A DNA stretch of 64,000 nucleotides from Bdellovibrionales bacterium (GTDB lineage Bacteria; Bdellovibrionota; Bdellovibrionia; Bdellovibrionales; UBA1609). The stretch is from positions 1,496,318 to 1,560,317 of the forward strand of contig OZ220488.1 in NCBI GenBank assembly GCA_965116155.1, in the 5' to 3' direction. The stretch's first letter is position 1. Each line of letters opens with the position of its first letter. The notes under the pieces were generated by a model. That model was not told where the DNA came from. It searched no databases and was given only the letters and a program-made list of their open reading frames with translations. This document shows, in pieces, positions 35,095 to 43,307 of the stretch. A program made the translations under genes and the position numbers.

Positions 35095-35645
35095 AGTGTT
35101 AGCCCAATATTCTGGGATTAAGCGCTCGAGGCAAGAGCAGCACCCTGTAAGGGTGCGACCTATGAAGCTACTATGAGCCTGTAGCCTTGTGCGGTCTTTA
35201 GGCACAAGGTGACCAGATTGTCGCCAAAGCCTCGTGCGTTGAGTAAACACAAAGTTAAAGGACTAATAAAATTCTCTGGGATAAAGCGGCGGCACACTGA
35301 TAGCCCCAACGGGGCGGCCATCAGGGTGCCAAGCGTCCCGCAGAGAATTTTATGGGCTATACGGTATCTATGAGCCTGTAGCCTTGTGCGGTCTTTAGGC
35401 ACAAGGTGACCAGATTGTCGCCAAAGCCTCGTGCGTTGAGTAAACACAAAGTTAAAGGACTAATAAAATTCTCTGGGATAAAGCGGCGGCACACTGATAG
35501 CCCCAACGGGGCGGCCATCAGGGTGCCAAGCGTCCCGCAGAGAATTTTATGGGCTATACGGTATCTATGAGCCTGTAGCCTTGTGCGGTCTTTAGGCACA
35601 AGGTGACCAGATTGTCGCCAAAGCCTCGTGCGTTGAGTAAACCCT
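35092..35645. repeat. tandem array of the 197-bp A-B-C structured repeat (2.4 units)
   Basis: ctatgagcct recurs at 35171, 35368 and 35565, an exact 197-bp period. The units look identical by eye. Confidence 0.95.
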
Positions 35646-35695
35646 ACAAACCCCTTGTCCTTGTATGGTCTGGGTAGTTATATGGTTTAGCGAAA

Positions 35696-36946
35696 ATGAG
35701 AAAACTTTTAATCGCTTTTTTGGCTTTAGTTCTGTGCTCGTACGTTTGGGCTGAGGGGGTAGGGTATGAAGGGATTGGTAAAGGCACGCGCGATGACTAT
35801 TATTGGGGCAAGCCCCAAGCAGCTAGCGATCCAATAAACTTGCCGGATTCTGTTAAAAATATGCTGGATGAGGAGGTTTTGACAGGCGCTATGCTGCCTC
35901 TTTTTTGGGCCATTAAACACAAAGATTACGCTCTTGTAAAAACTTTGTTAAACCACAAAATAGACATCAATGCTCAAGATGCCCAGGGCCGCACGGCTCT
36001 TATGCAGGCGGTGCAAATGCCTAACTATGCAGATATTGAAACTTTGTTGGGCCATGTCGGCGTTGATATTAACCAAACAGACGACTATGGCAAAACGGCT
36101 CTTTTTTGGGCTGCGCAAAGGGGCCGGCTGCACTTTGTGAAAACTTTATTAAATAGTGGCATTGATGTTAACGCCAAAGACAAAGGTGGCGATACAGCGC
36201 TTATTTGGGCTGCGTATTACGGGCATGAAGAGTCTGTGCAAGCTCTTTTGTCTCATGAAGATATTGATGTTAACGCCAAGGACGATGCTGGCGATACAGC
36301 GCTTAGTTGGGCGGCGTATAACGGGCATGAAGAATCTGTGCAGGCCCTTTTGGCTCATGAAGATATTGATGTTAATGCCAAGGACAAAGATGGCAATACA
36401 GCGCTTATTTGGGCTGCGCGCAGAGGGGGTGAAGAATCTGTGCAAGCTCTTTTAGCTCATGAAGATATTGATGTTAATGCTAAGGGCGAATATGGCTATA
36501 CAGCTCTTATTGGGGCTGCGTATTACGGGCATGAAGAATCTGTGCAAGCTCTTTTAGCGCGTAAAGATATTGATGTTAATGCCAAGGACGATGCTGGCGA
36601 TACAGCGCTTATTAGGGCTGCGTATTACGGGTATGAAGAATCTGTGCAGGCGCTTTTAGCGCGTAAAGATACTGATGTTAACGCCAAGGACGATGCTGGC
36701 TATACAGCTCTTATTGGGGCTGCGTATTACGGGCATGAAGAATCTGTGCAAGCTCTTTTAGCCCATGAAGATATTGATATTAATGCCAAGGACAACGATG
36801 GCGAGACAGCTCTTGAGAGGGCGAAAAGCAAAGAAATTTCAGAGGCAATACACCTTGCCCTACAAGCCAGGGGCTTACAAGCTCATGCCGAATCATCGTG
36901 CGTAATCTTATTAAAGAGTATTAAAGAAATATGGTCTTCTCTCTGA
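35696..36946 (+). CDS. secreted ankyrin-repeat protein (416 aa, about 9 ANK repeats)
   Basis: Signal peptide MRKLLIAFLALVLCSYVWA, then repeated G.TAL..AA..GHEESVQALLAHEDIDVNAKD units. Confidence 0.85.
   Translation: MRKLLIAFLALVLCSYVWAEGVGYEGIGKGTRDDYYWGKPQAASDPINLPDSVKNMLDEEVLTGAMLPLFWAIKHKDYALVKTLLNHKIDINAQDAQGRTALMQAVQMPNYADIETLLGHVGVDINQTDDYGKTALFWAAQRGRLHFVKTLLNSGIDVNAKDKGGDTALIWAAYYGHEESVQALLSHEDIDVNAKDDAGDTALSWAAYNGHEESVQALLAHEDIDVNAKDKDGNTALIWAARRGGEESVQALLAHEDIDVNAKGEYGYTALIGAAYYGHEESVQALLARKDIDVNAKDDAGDTALIRAAYYGYEESVQALLARKDTDVNAKDDAGYTALIGAAYYGHEESVQALLAHEDIDINAKDNDGETALERAKSKEISEAIHLALQARGLQAHAESSCVILLKSIKEIWSSL
36188..36799 (+). repeat. intragenic 102-bp (34-aa) tandem repeat x6
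   Basis: aa 165-368 of the ankyrin protein are six consecutive 34-aa units. They differ mainly at a few positions (IW/SW/IG/IR, YY/YN/RR, SHE/AHE/ARK). Confidence 0.9.
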
Positions 36947-37204
36947 GTGCGCCGCTTTAACTCGATTTACAGGGCCATAAATAGCTGTCTAGCGCGCAAT
37001 ATTACCTTGAAGCCTACGTTTGCCATCTTGGCTAATGCCCTATGGGCAGCCAAGATGGCTGCACTCTCAGGTTCAAGGGTAACATTGCTGGCGCTTTTAT
37101 GCTTACGCCAGCTGCATAGACCGCCAAAACACCTTGTTATTCCGCTTGCCTGCAGCACATAAAGGTGCTTAAGCAGGCGGCACTTCATACAAGAGGTGTT
37201 TTGG
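36947..37204. repeat. mosaic repeat block (module F, family-D hairpin element, family-H hairpin)
   Basis: gtgcgccgctttaactcgatttacagggccataaa, then the D element 36983-37108 (agctgtctagcgcgcaa ... gctggcgcttttatgcttacgc), then the H hairpin 37123-37205. Confidence 0.85.
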
Positions 37205-38554
37205 CTAGTCTGTAATTTTCTTCCATGGGGCAACGACACTAAGTAAAAGCATGCCAGGCAAGGCCATAAAAAAGCACAAAATAAAAAACCTCGTCCACCC
37301 GAGCCCACCGAAGTTGCCGATCCAGCTAAAAGCTTGCCAAAAGCTCTCAGGAGCCAGCTTAGACCAGTCCCACCCATCTACCAAAAAGCCCGTAGACATA
37401 CTGGCGGCATTGCGCGGCAAGGCCATAATGCTGGTAAGCAGCGCCATTTGCGTGGCAGTGAAGTTTTTGTTTGTACTGCGCGCCATAAAGGCCAACAGAG
37501 CCGCAGAGCCCAAGCCCGCAGCAAAATACTCCCCCATAACCACAACACCCAAAACCCACAACTGCGGCACGGTGCTCAGCCATGCAAAACCCAAAATGGT
37601 CAGCATTTGCACAAAGCCAAACACCCACAAGGATTTATTAATCCCCAGGCGCAGCATCATAAGCCCCCCCACAAAACCGCCCGAAAGCACACTAGCCACG
37701 CTGACCAGTTTTACAATGCTGCCGATATGGGTCTTAGTAAAACCCATATCCAGAAAAAAAGGCGTCTGCAGGGCCGTTGCCATGTTGTCACCCAGTTTAT
37801 AAAGCATAATAAAAAACAAAACCCCCAATGCCCCCCCAAAAGCTCCGCGGGCCTGGCCGTGCTTGTGCCCAAAAAAATCCCTAAAAGGCTCCACAATAGC
37901 CGCCAAAAGGCTGCCTGGCACCTTTACCCCTTGGGTGATTTCTTTAATCAACAAACTATGCAGCACACCTATGCCCATAAAAAGAGCCATCACCATATGC
38001 GTTTGAGACCAGCTGATGTGGTCTGCTAGCACTAGCCCCAGCCCGCCGGGCACAAAGCCTGCTACTCTATAGGCATTGGCATAAAAGCTGTTCCCCAAGC
38101 CGAGCTCGTTGTCTGGTAGCAGCTCGCGCCTGTAAGCATCGAGGGCAATGTCCTGTATGGCCGACCAGAGGGTCACTAAGGTCACAGCTGCGGCGATAAA
38201 ACGTATATCTCCTGTGGGGTCAAGGCTTGCGCAGCCCAGCATGCCGGCAATGCAGCCCATTTGCGCTATAAGCATCCAGCTGCGTCTGCGCCCTAGAGGC
38301 GAAAGCCTATACCGATCGCATAGGGGCGCAATTAAAAACTTAAAACTCCAAAAAATTCCTAAGCCCGTTACGAGCGAAATCGCCTGCAAACTTGCGCCCT
38401 CATCCCGCATCCAGGCAGGTACAAACTGATAAAAATAATAAAGCGGCAAGCCAGCCGAAAAGCCATTAACAGCACACACCAGCATGCGGCGTAGCGATTG
38501 GGGCTCGAGGTGGAGTTTTTTTAAAAGATTTTGGCCCATTTTTTCCCAATACAA
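37205..38554 (-). CDS. ampG: AmpG-family MFS muropeptide permease
   Basis: 449 aa with about 12-14 hydrophobic segments. N-terminal GFSAGLPLYY..... and LGRRRSWML motifs resemble AmpG/SLC33-type MFS proteins. Confidence 0.65.
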   Translation of the reverse strand: MYWEKMGQNLLKKLHLEPQSLRRMLVCAVNGFSAGLPLYYFYQFVPAWMRDEGASLQAISLVTGLGIFWSFKFLIAPLCDRYRLSPLGRRRSWMLIAQMGCIAGMLGCASLDPTGDIRFIAAAVTLVTLWSAIQDIALDAYRRELLPDNELGLGNSFYANAYRVAGFVPGGLGLVLADHISWSQTHMVMALFMGIGVLHSLLIKEITQGVKVPGSLLAAIVEPFRDFFGHKHGQARGAFGGALGVLFFIMLYKLGDNMATALQTPFFLDMGFTKTHIGSIVKLVSVASVLSGGFVGGLMMLRLGINKSLWVFGFVQMLTILGFAWLSTVPQLWVLGVVVMGEYFAAGLGSAALLAFMARSTNKNFTATQMALLTSIMALPRNAASMSTGFLVDGWDWSKLAPESFWQAFSWIGNFGGLGWTRFFILCFFMALPGMLLLSVVAPWKKITD

Positions 38555-38673
38555 CTGCGCACCCTCCTGGTTGGGCCCTTATGCGGGTAGTGCCTATCTG
38601 TGTTACAAACGGGCACATGCCTTGCCAAGTTATAACCCGAGGAGCTTTTGGCCCAGGGGCTGATTTGTGGATT

Positions 38674-39030
38674 ATGCCTGAAGAGGCGCTGTGTCCGCCC
38701 ATACAGGGTATAGATTGGGAGCTCAACTTTCAACTTCGTGCCGCAGCGTGCCTTGCGGTGCCCGGCGCTCCGGTGCTCGTAAGCAGCTCAGCGGTGTTTG
38801 AGAACCGTTTTTGCTTAAAGCTGCCCTGGCAAAAAAATTGGATCTTGGAGGCTATGAAGCATATGGCGGATTTTTCTAATTACAGTGTGCGTGTGTTTTT
38901 AGCAAAATCCATTGCGGTTGAGGATTTTTGCGCGGCCTGGCATGGAAAATCAAGGGAGCATTTGTTACAAAAGGGTCCTAAGAGGGTGCAGTTGGTGGAG
39001 GCCACGAGTTTAGAGCGCCTCTTGCTGTGA
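38674..39030 (+). CDS. hypothetical protein (118 aa)
   Basis: ORF 38581..39030, internal ATG at 38674. No motifs recognised, so coding status is uncertain. Confidence 0.3.
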   Translation: MPEEALCPPIQGIDWELNFQLRAAACLAVPGAPVLVSSSAVFENRFCLKLPWQKNWILEAMKHMADFSNYSVRVFLAKSIAVEDFCAAWHGKSREHLLQKGPKRVQLVEATSLERLLL

Positions 39031-39061
39031 CAGTGTACTCGTTAAGATACAGTATTAAAAC

Positions 39062-39120
39062 CCTAATGTGGCATGAGTACGCGCCAGCCGGAAGCCGGAG
39101 GACATACTTCAGTCACGACT
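39062..39120. repeat. solo right half of the 51654-51797 MITE-like element
   Basis: taatgtggcatgagtacgcgccagccggaagccggaggacatacttcagtcacga compares with taatatggtatgagagctcgccagccggaagccggagaacatacttcagtcacga at 51748-51802. Confidence 0.75.
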
Positions 39121-39124
39121 AGAT

Positions 39125-40204
39125 ATGCCTATACACTTAAAAATCAAACAAAAAATCCAAGAAACACCCGACACGGTGTCGTTGGTGCTAGGTGTACCTG
39201 CAGAGCACCAAAAGCAGTTCCAGTACCAAGCGGGGCAGTTTGTGACTTTGCATTTGGATGTTCTGCCTGGTGGTGGGGTGCTAAAGAGGTCGTATTCTTT
39301 TTGTTCTGCGCCCTTGGTGGATGCAGACATTAAAATTAGCGTTAAAAAAATCCCCCAAGGTGTGGCGTCTGGGTTTTTAGTGGACCAGTTACAAGAGGGT
39401 GACAATGTGCTTTCGTCGCTTCCTAAGGGGAGGTTTTTGTTGCCCAATACTAGCCGCTCGCAGTGTGTGTTTCTAGCGGCAGGTAGTGGTATTACGCCTA
39501 TAGTGTCGCTTATTAAAGAGGCTTTGCGGCAAGGCAAAAACGCGGCTCTGCTTTATGGCAGCAGGGATGAGGGGAATATTATTTTTAAGCAAGAGCTCGA
39601 TCAGCTTACGCAGCGGCATAAGGGGCGCATTAAAGTGGAGCATTTTTTAAGCGCGCAAAAAGGCCGTTTGCAGCAAAAGGATTTGGAGACTTTTTTTATA
39701 AAACATGCACCTCAACTAACAGAGGCAGAGTATTTTTTTTGTGGCCCCTTGGAACTTATGAAAAATGCGTGTGAGTTTTTAGCACAGCAAGGCGTGCCCA
39801 AGGCGCAGCTGCATAGGGAGTCTTTTGGCAAACCCAACACAAAAAAAGCCCAAGCGGCTCAGGTTGCAAGCTCAGCTCCCAAACTTTGGGTGGGCGCAGA
39901 GGCTTCTGAAGGCCCATCTGTGCATAAAATAAAAGTCACACTGGACGGCAAGGCGCATAGTTTGGAGTGCCATAGAGGTGAGAGCTTGCTGGAGGCCTGT
40001 TTGCGCGAGGGTTTGGAGGCGCCGTTTTCTTGTACTGAGGGTGCATGTATGTCTTGTTTAGCTAAGCTTACAAAAGGCAGCGTGCGCCAAAAGGATTATG
40101 GTATTTTGACTGAAGATAATATTAAGGACTTAGAATTTTTAAGCTGTTCGGCTTTTCCGGAAGAAGGCACAGGTGTGGAGTTTAGTTATGACAGTACAGA
40201 GTAA
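39125..40204 (+). CDS. FNR-family flavin reductase with C-terminal plant-type [2Fe-2S] ferredoxin domain (PaaE-like)
   Basis: RSYS FAD motif, AAGSGITP NAD(P) motif, and C-terminal CTEGACMSCLAKL (C-x4-C-x2-C). Confidence 0.75.
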   Translation: MPIHLKIKQKIQETPDTVSLVLGVPAEHQKQFQYQAGQFVTLHLDVLPGGGVLKRSYSFCSAPLVDADIKISVKKIPQGVASGFLVDQLQEGDNVLSSLPKGRFLLPNTSRSQCVFLAAGSGITPIVSLIKEALRQGKNAALLYGSRDEGNIIFKQELDQLTQRHKGRIKVEHFLSAQKGRLQQKDLETFFIKHAPQLTEAEYFFCGPLELMKNACEFLAQQGVPKAQLHRESFGKPNTKKAQAAQVASSAPKLWVGAEASEGPSVHKIKVTLDGKAHSLECHRGESLLEACLREGLEAPFSCTEGACMSCLAKLTKGSVRQKDYGILTEDNIKDLEFLSCSAFPEEGTGVEFSYDSTE

Positions 40205-40712
40205 GCAGAGTGTGCTTTTTATATGTTTGGGCAATATATGCCGCTCTCCTGCAGCAGAGGCGGTGTTTAGGCAAAAAATTAAACACCAAAACTTGCAAGA
40301 GTATTATGAGGTAGACTCTTGCGGCACATCGGCTCATCACGAAGGGCAGCTGGCAGATAAGCGCATGCGTGCTGAGGGCGAAAGGCGCAAAGTGCCAGTA
40401 ACAAGCATTAGCCGGCCTTTTGTGGAGGAGGATTTTAGTTGGGATCACTTAGTTGTTATGGACACCAGCAATTATCAAGATGTACTAAACTTTGATACTC
40501 AAAAGCTCTACCAAAACAAGGTTCATAAGCTTTTGGATTTTAATCATTTAACTGCGGCCAAGTCTTTGCCTGAAAATCTGGCAGCTATAAAAGAGTCTGT
40601 ACCCGATCCGTATCATCAGGGCCAGGAGGGTTTTGTTTTGGTGTGGGATTTGATCGCGCACTCAGTGGACAATTTGCTTTTGTTTTTAGAACGCATTCGG
40701 CTAAGTAGATGA
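40188..40712 (+). CDS. low-molecular-weight protein-tyrosine phosphatase
   Basis: VLFICLGNICRSPAAEA (C-x5-R-S P-loop) and a VPDPY Asp loop. ATG at 40188. Confidence 0.85.
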   Translation: MTVQSKQSVLFICLGNICRSPAAEAVFRQKIKHQNLQEYYEVDSCGTSAHHEGQLADKRMRAEGERRKVPVTSISRPFVEEDFSWDHLVVMDTSNYQDVLNFDTQKLYQNKVHKLLDFNHLTAAKSLPENLAAIKESVPDPYHQGQEGFVLVWDLIAHSVDNLLLFLERIRLSR

Positions 40713-42076
40713 GCGTGCCTTTGTGCGATTTACTGATTCAAGGGGGCACGATGCTACTGCCGTGCCCAGAGGGCTTGGTAGAAAGCGATGCCTTAATAGC
40801 TGTAGAGGGTTCTAAAATTGTGGGCGTGGGGGAAAGCGCGCGAGAGTTTCGTGCAAGGGAGCAGTTTTGTGCAAAGGGGCTCATGGTTTTGCCGGGGCTT
40901 TTAGATACACAGGTGCATTTTCGTGAGCCGGGTTTAACTCACAAAGAGGACATAGAGCATGGGAGCTTGGGCGCTGTGTTGGGTGGGGTGACGGGATTTT
41001 TTGAAATGCCCAACACCCAGCCGCCTACCACAACGGCTAGGTCTCTAGAGCATAAGCTGCAGGTGGCAAAGGCTAGGTCTTATTGTAATTATGCTTTTTT
41101 TGTGGGGGCTGCGCCTAATAATTTAGAACACTTAAAGCATCTGGAACAATTAGAGGGCGTGTGTGGGGTTAAGATTTTTATGGGTTCTAGTACGGGTAGT
41201 CTTTTGCTAGATCGTACGCAGCTTATAAAGAGAGCCTTTGAGTTGGGGCAAAAGCGGGTAGCGGTGCATGCTGAAAACGAAGCCCGCTTAAAAGAGCGCT
41301 TGGCTGTGTTTGGTAAAAAGGGCGGGGTAGGTTTGCACCCTTTGTGGCGGGACGAAGAGTGTGCCTTGCTGGCTACTAAAGAGGCTTGTGCTTTGGCAAG
41401 GGCTGCGGGTAGGGCTTTGCATGTGTTGCATGTGTCAACGGCTAAGGAGATGGAGTTTTTAAAAAAACAAAAACAACAAGACCCGCTACTTTCGGTAGAG
41501 GTTACACCGCAGCATCTTACTCTTGCGGCGCCTGAGTGTTACGAGCGCGTGCAAGCTTTGGCTCAGTGTAACCCACCCATAAGAGACAAAAGGCACCAAG
41601 AGGCTTTGTGGCAAGCGGTGCAAGAGGGTGTGGTGGATGTTTTGGGCTCTGATCATGCTCCGCATACGCTGGAAGAAAAATCTCTTCCATGGCCTAAGAG
41701 CCCTTCTGGCTTAACGGGTGTGCAGACTATGGTGCCCATTATGTTGACCCATGTGCACAATAAAAAGCTTAGTCTAAAGCGTTTGGTGGAGCTTATGTGT
41801 GTGCGTCCGTGTGCGCTTTTTGGGGTTAAACACAAAGGGCGTATTGAGGTGGGTTATGATGCGGATTTTAGTATTGTGGATTTGGGAGCCAGGCATAGGT
41901 TGAGCAATAAACATATTGTCAGCAAAAGTGGCTGGACGGCCTTTGATGGTTTTGATTGTGTGGGCGCTGTGCACAGCTGCATTGTAGGGGGCCGCGTGGT
42001 TGTGCGCGAAGGCGCCTGCGTGCTGCCCTCTCCCCCTTGGCCTGCGCCCCACACCGCACCCGTCGCCTTTTCATAA
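40709..42076 (+). CDS. pyrC: dihydroorotase (amidohydrolase, long form)
   Basis: DTQVHFREPG, AVHAENE, HVLHVST, LGSDHAPH metal-ligand blocks. ATGA overlap with the upstream gene. Confidence 0.8.
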   Translation: MSVPLCDLLIQGGTMLLPCPEGLVESDALIAVEGSKIVGVGESAREFRAREQFCAKGLMVLPGLLDTQVHFREPGLTHKEDIEHGSLGAVLGGVTGFFEMPNTQPPTTTARSLEHKLQVAKARSYCNYAFFVGAAPNNLEHLKHLEQLEGVCGVKIFMGSSTGSLLLDRTQLIKRAFELGQKRVAVHAENEARLKERLAVFGKKGGVGLHPLWRDEECALLATKEACALARAAGRALHVLHVSTAKEMEFLKKQKQQDPLLSVEVTPQHLTLAAPECYERVQALAQCNPPIRDKRHQEALWQAVQEGVVDVLGSDHAPHTLEEKSLPWPKSPSGLTGVQTMVPIMLTHVHNKKLSLKRLVELMCVRPCALFGVKHKGRIEVGYDADFSIVDLGARHRLSNKHIVSKSGWTAFDGFDCVGAVHSCIVGGRVVVREGACVLPSPPWPAPHTAPVAFS

Positions 42077-42086
42077 CTGATGTGCT

Positions 42087-42851
42087 TTAATCTTTTGAAA
42101 TTTCGCAAAGCCGATCTATTTCAGTAGTATAATGGGGGTAAGCGATTAACCCATAGCCTTTAATGTTGCCTTTTTTGTGCCTAAAGCGTGGCCTCATAAC
42201 TTTAAAATATGTGTCATCTTTTTCTTTTATTGCACAGGCAATGCTGCCCACTACATAATCTGCGATTTGCATTAATGGATTGTCTGCTTCAAAAGAAAAA
42301 CAAAGAGAGTAGTCTAATAATTTAAGCTCAACCATTTTTTCTTGAAGAGAAGCGCGGTTGCTTCGTATTTTATAATATTTTTCACTAAAGCCTCTAGGTT
42401 CTTTGGGGCCAGGATAAGCTAGAACAATACACCCCCTAGCCTTATTTTGGCCAGAAGATTTTTCTTGCAAGAAAAACTGCAGCCTTGTAGATAAGTCATT
42501 TATAAGCTGAAAGCCCATCTTGGTAAAATCCAGATCTTTCGATCTTTCTTTGGCATAATACGCGCCCATTAAGGTCACATCAGAATCTGCAATTAGGCGC
42601 ACCATTTTACTTCGAAAGCTGTTTCCATCTTCTATGTCTCTTTGTGGCTTATATCTGGGATCTTTTGGTGGGCTAAATTTTACAGAGTCGTATGGGCTTA
42701 ATTTAAATTGAGCTTTTAGTTTAAAAAAATTTTGCAGCAAGCTTTCTTCGGTAGATTTTTCAACAATAAATCCACCCCATACCAGGTTTTCTGATGGTCT
42801 TTTTGGCCGCAATGCTCGGCTGTCATCCACATAGAGAGTGTACAGGCGCAT
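42087..42851 (-). CDS. DUF3800 domain protein (254 aa)
   Basis: N-terminal LYVDDS (DUF3800 Y.DES-like acidic motif) and C-terminal LMQIADYVVGSI (Q.AD motif). A+T-rich by eye. Start abuts the stop of the 128-aa gene. Confidence 0.6.
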   Translation of the reverse strand: MRLYTLYVDDSRALRPKRPSENLVWGGFIVEKSTEESLLQNFFKLKAQFKLSPYDSVKFSPPKDPRYKPQRDIEDGNSFRSKMVRLIADSDVTLMGAYYAKERSKDLDFTKMGFQLINDLSTRLQFFLQEKSSGQNKARGCIVLAYPGPKEPRGFSEKYYKIRSNRASLQEKMVELKLLDYSLCFSFEADNPLMQIADYVVGSIACAIKEKDDTYFKVMRPRFRHKKGNIKGYGLIAYPHYTTEIDRLCEISKD

Positions 42852-43238
42852 TTAAGGTATCATTAAGCCCACAGGGTTTTTATCTGCCCATTCTTTTTTG
42901 GGCTCCAGCTCAAAGCCTGTGTCCTCTAGAGACACAGGCTTTAAGGGAGGCTCTGGCAGCGCTGCAAAGTCTTTGGTGGGCTGTTTTGTTTTAGGAAACA
43001 CAGGGTGGCATGTGCCATTGGCGCTCGATAAAAAGCCAACGCACCTCCCGTTTAAATCTCGTAATACCCCGTCACTATCCAACCAACCTCTTTGGTTACC
43101 GTTAAAATCATATGCGCGGCCTTTCTCTATATATCCGGCGTAAAACTTACGCTCACATGGGGCAAGGTATTCATCTCGCACAATCCGCAGAGATGGCTTA
43201 CCATTTTTATCAAAAATTACGTCTTTTAAGTTGTCCAT
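42852..43238 (-). CDS. small hypothetical protein, possibly 4-fold beta-flower-like (128 aa)
   Basis: Repeated short beta motifs: IFDKNGKPSL, AYDFNGNQRGWLDSDGVLRDLNGRCVGFL. The family assignment is from memory of the motif style only. Confidence 0.4.
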   Translation of the reverse strand: MDNLKDVIFDKNGKPSLRIVRDEYLAPCERKFYAGYIEKGRAYDFNGNQRGWLDSDGVLRDLNGRCVGFLSSANGTCHPVFPKTKQPTKDFAALPEPPLKPVSLEDTGFELEPKKEWADKNPVGLMIP

Positions 43239-43307
43239 GGAAAACCATTCTACAGGCGCCTTCGCATATGGTCAAATTAGGTGTTTCATGTTGTGTCAGT
43301 TGTGTGG

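Noticed and set aside
36149-36455. 98-99 aa ORFs on both strands inside the ankyrin gene
   Set aside because: These are shadow ORFs created by the 102-bp in-frame repeats. The ANK frame has clear motifs and a signal peptide.
37251-38029. ORFs 37251-37802 and 37334-38029 (+) opposite ampG, and 6127-6729 (-) opposite ribE-ribB
   Set aside because: These are antisense shadows of genes with clear family motifs. Their composition (Lys/Pro/His-rich or Ala/Ser/Cys-rich) is not protein-like.
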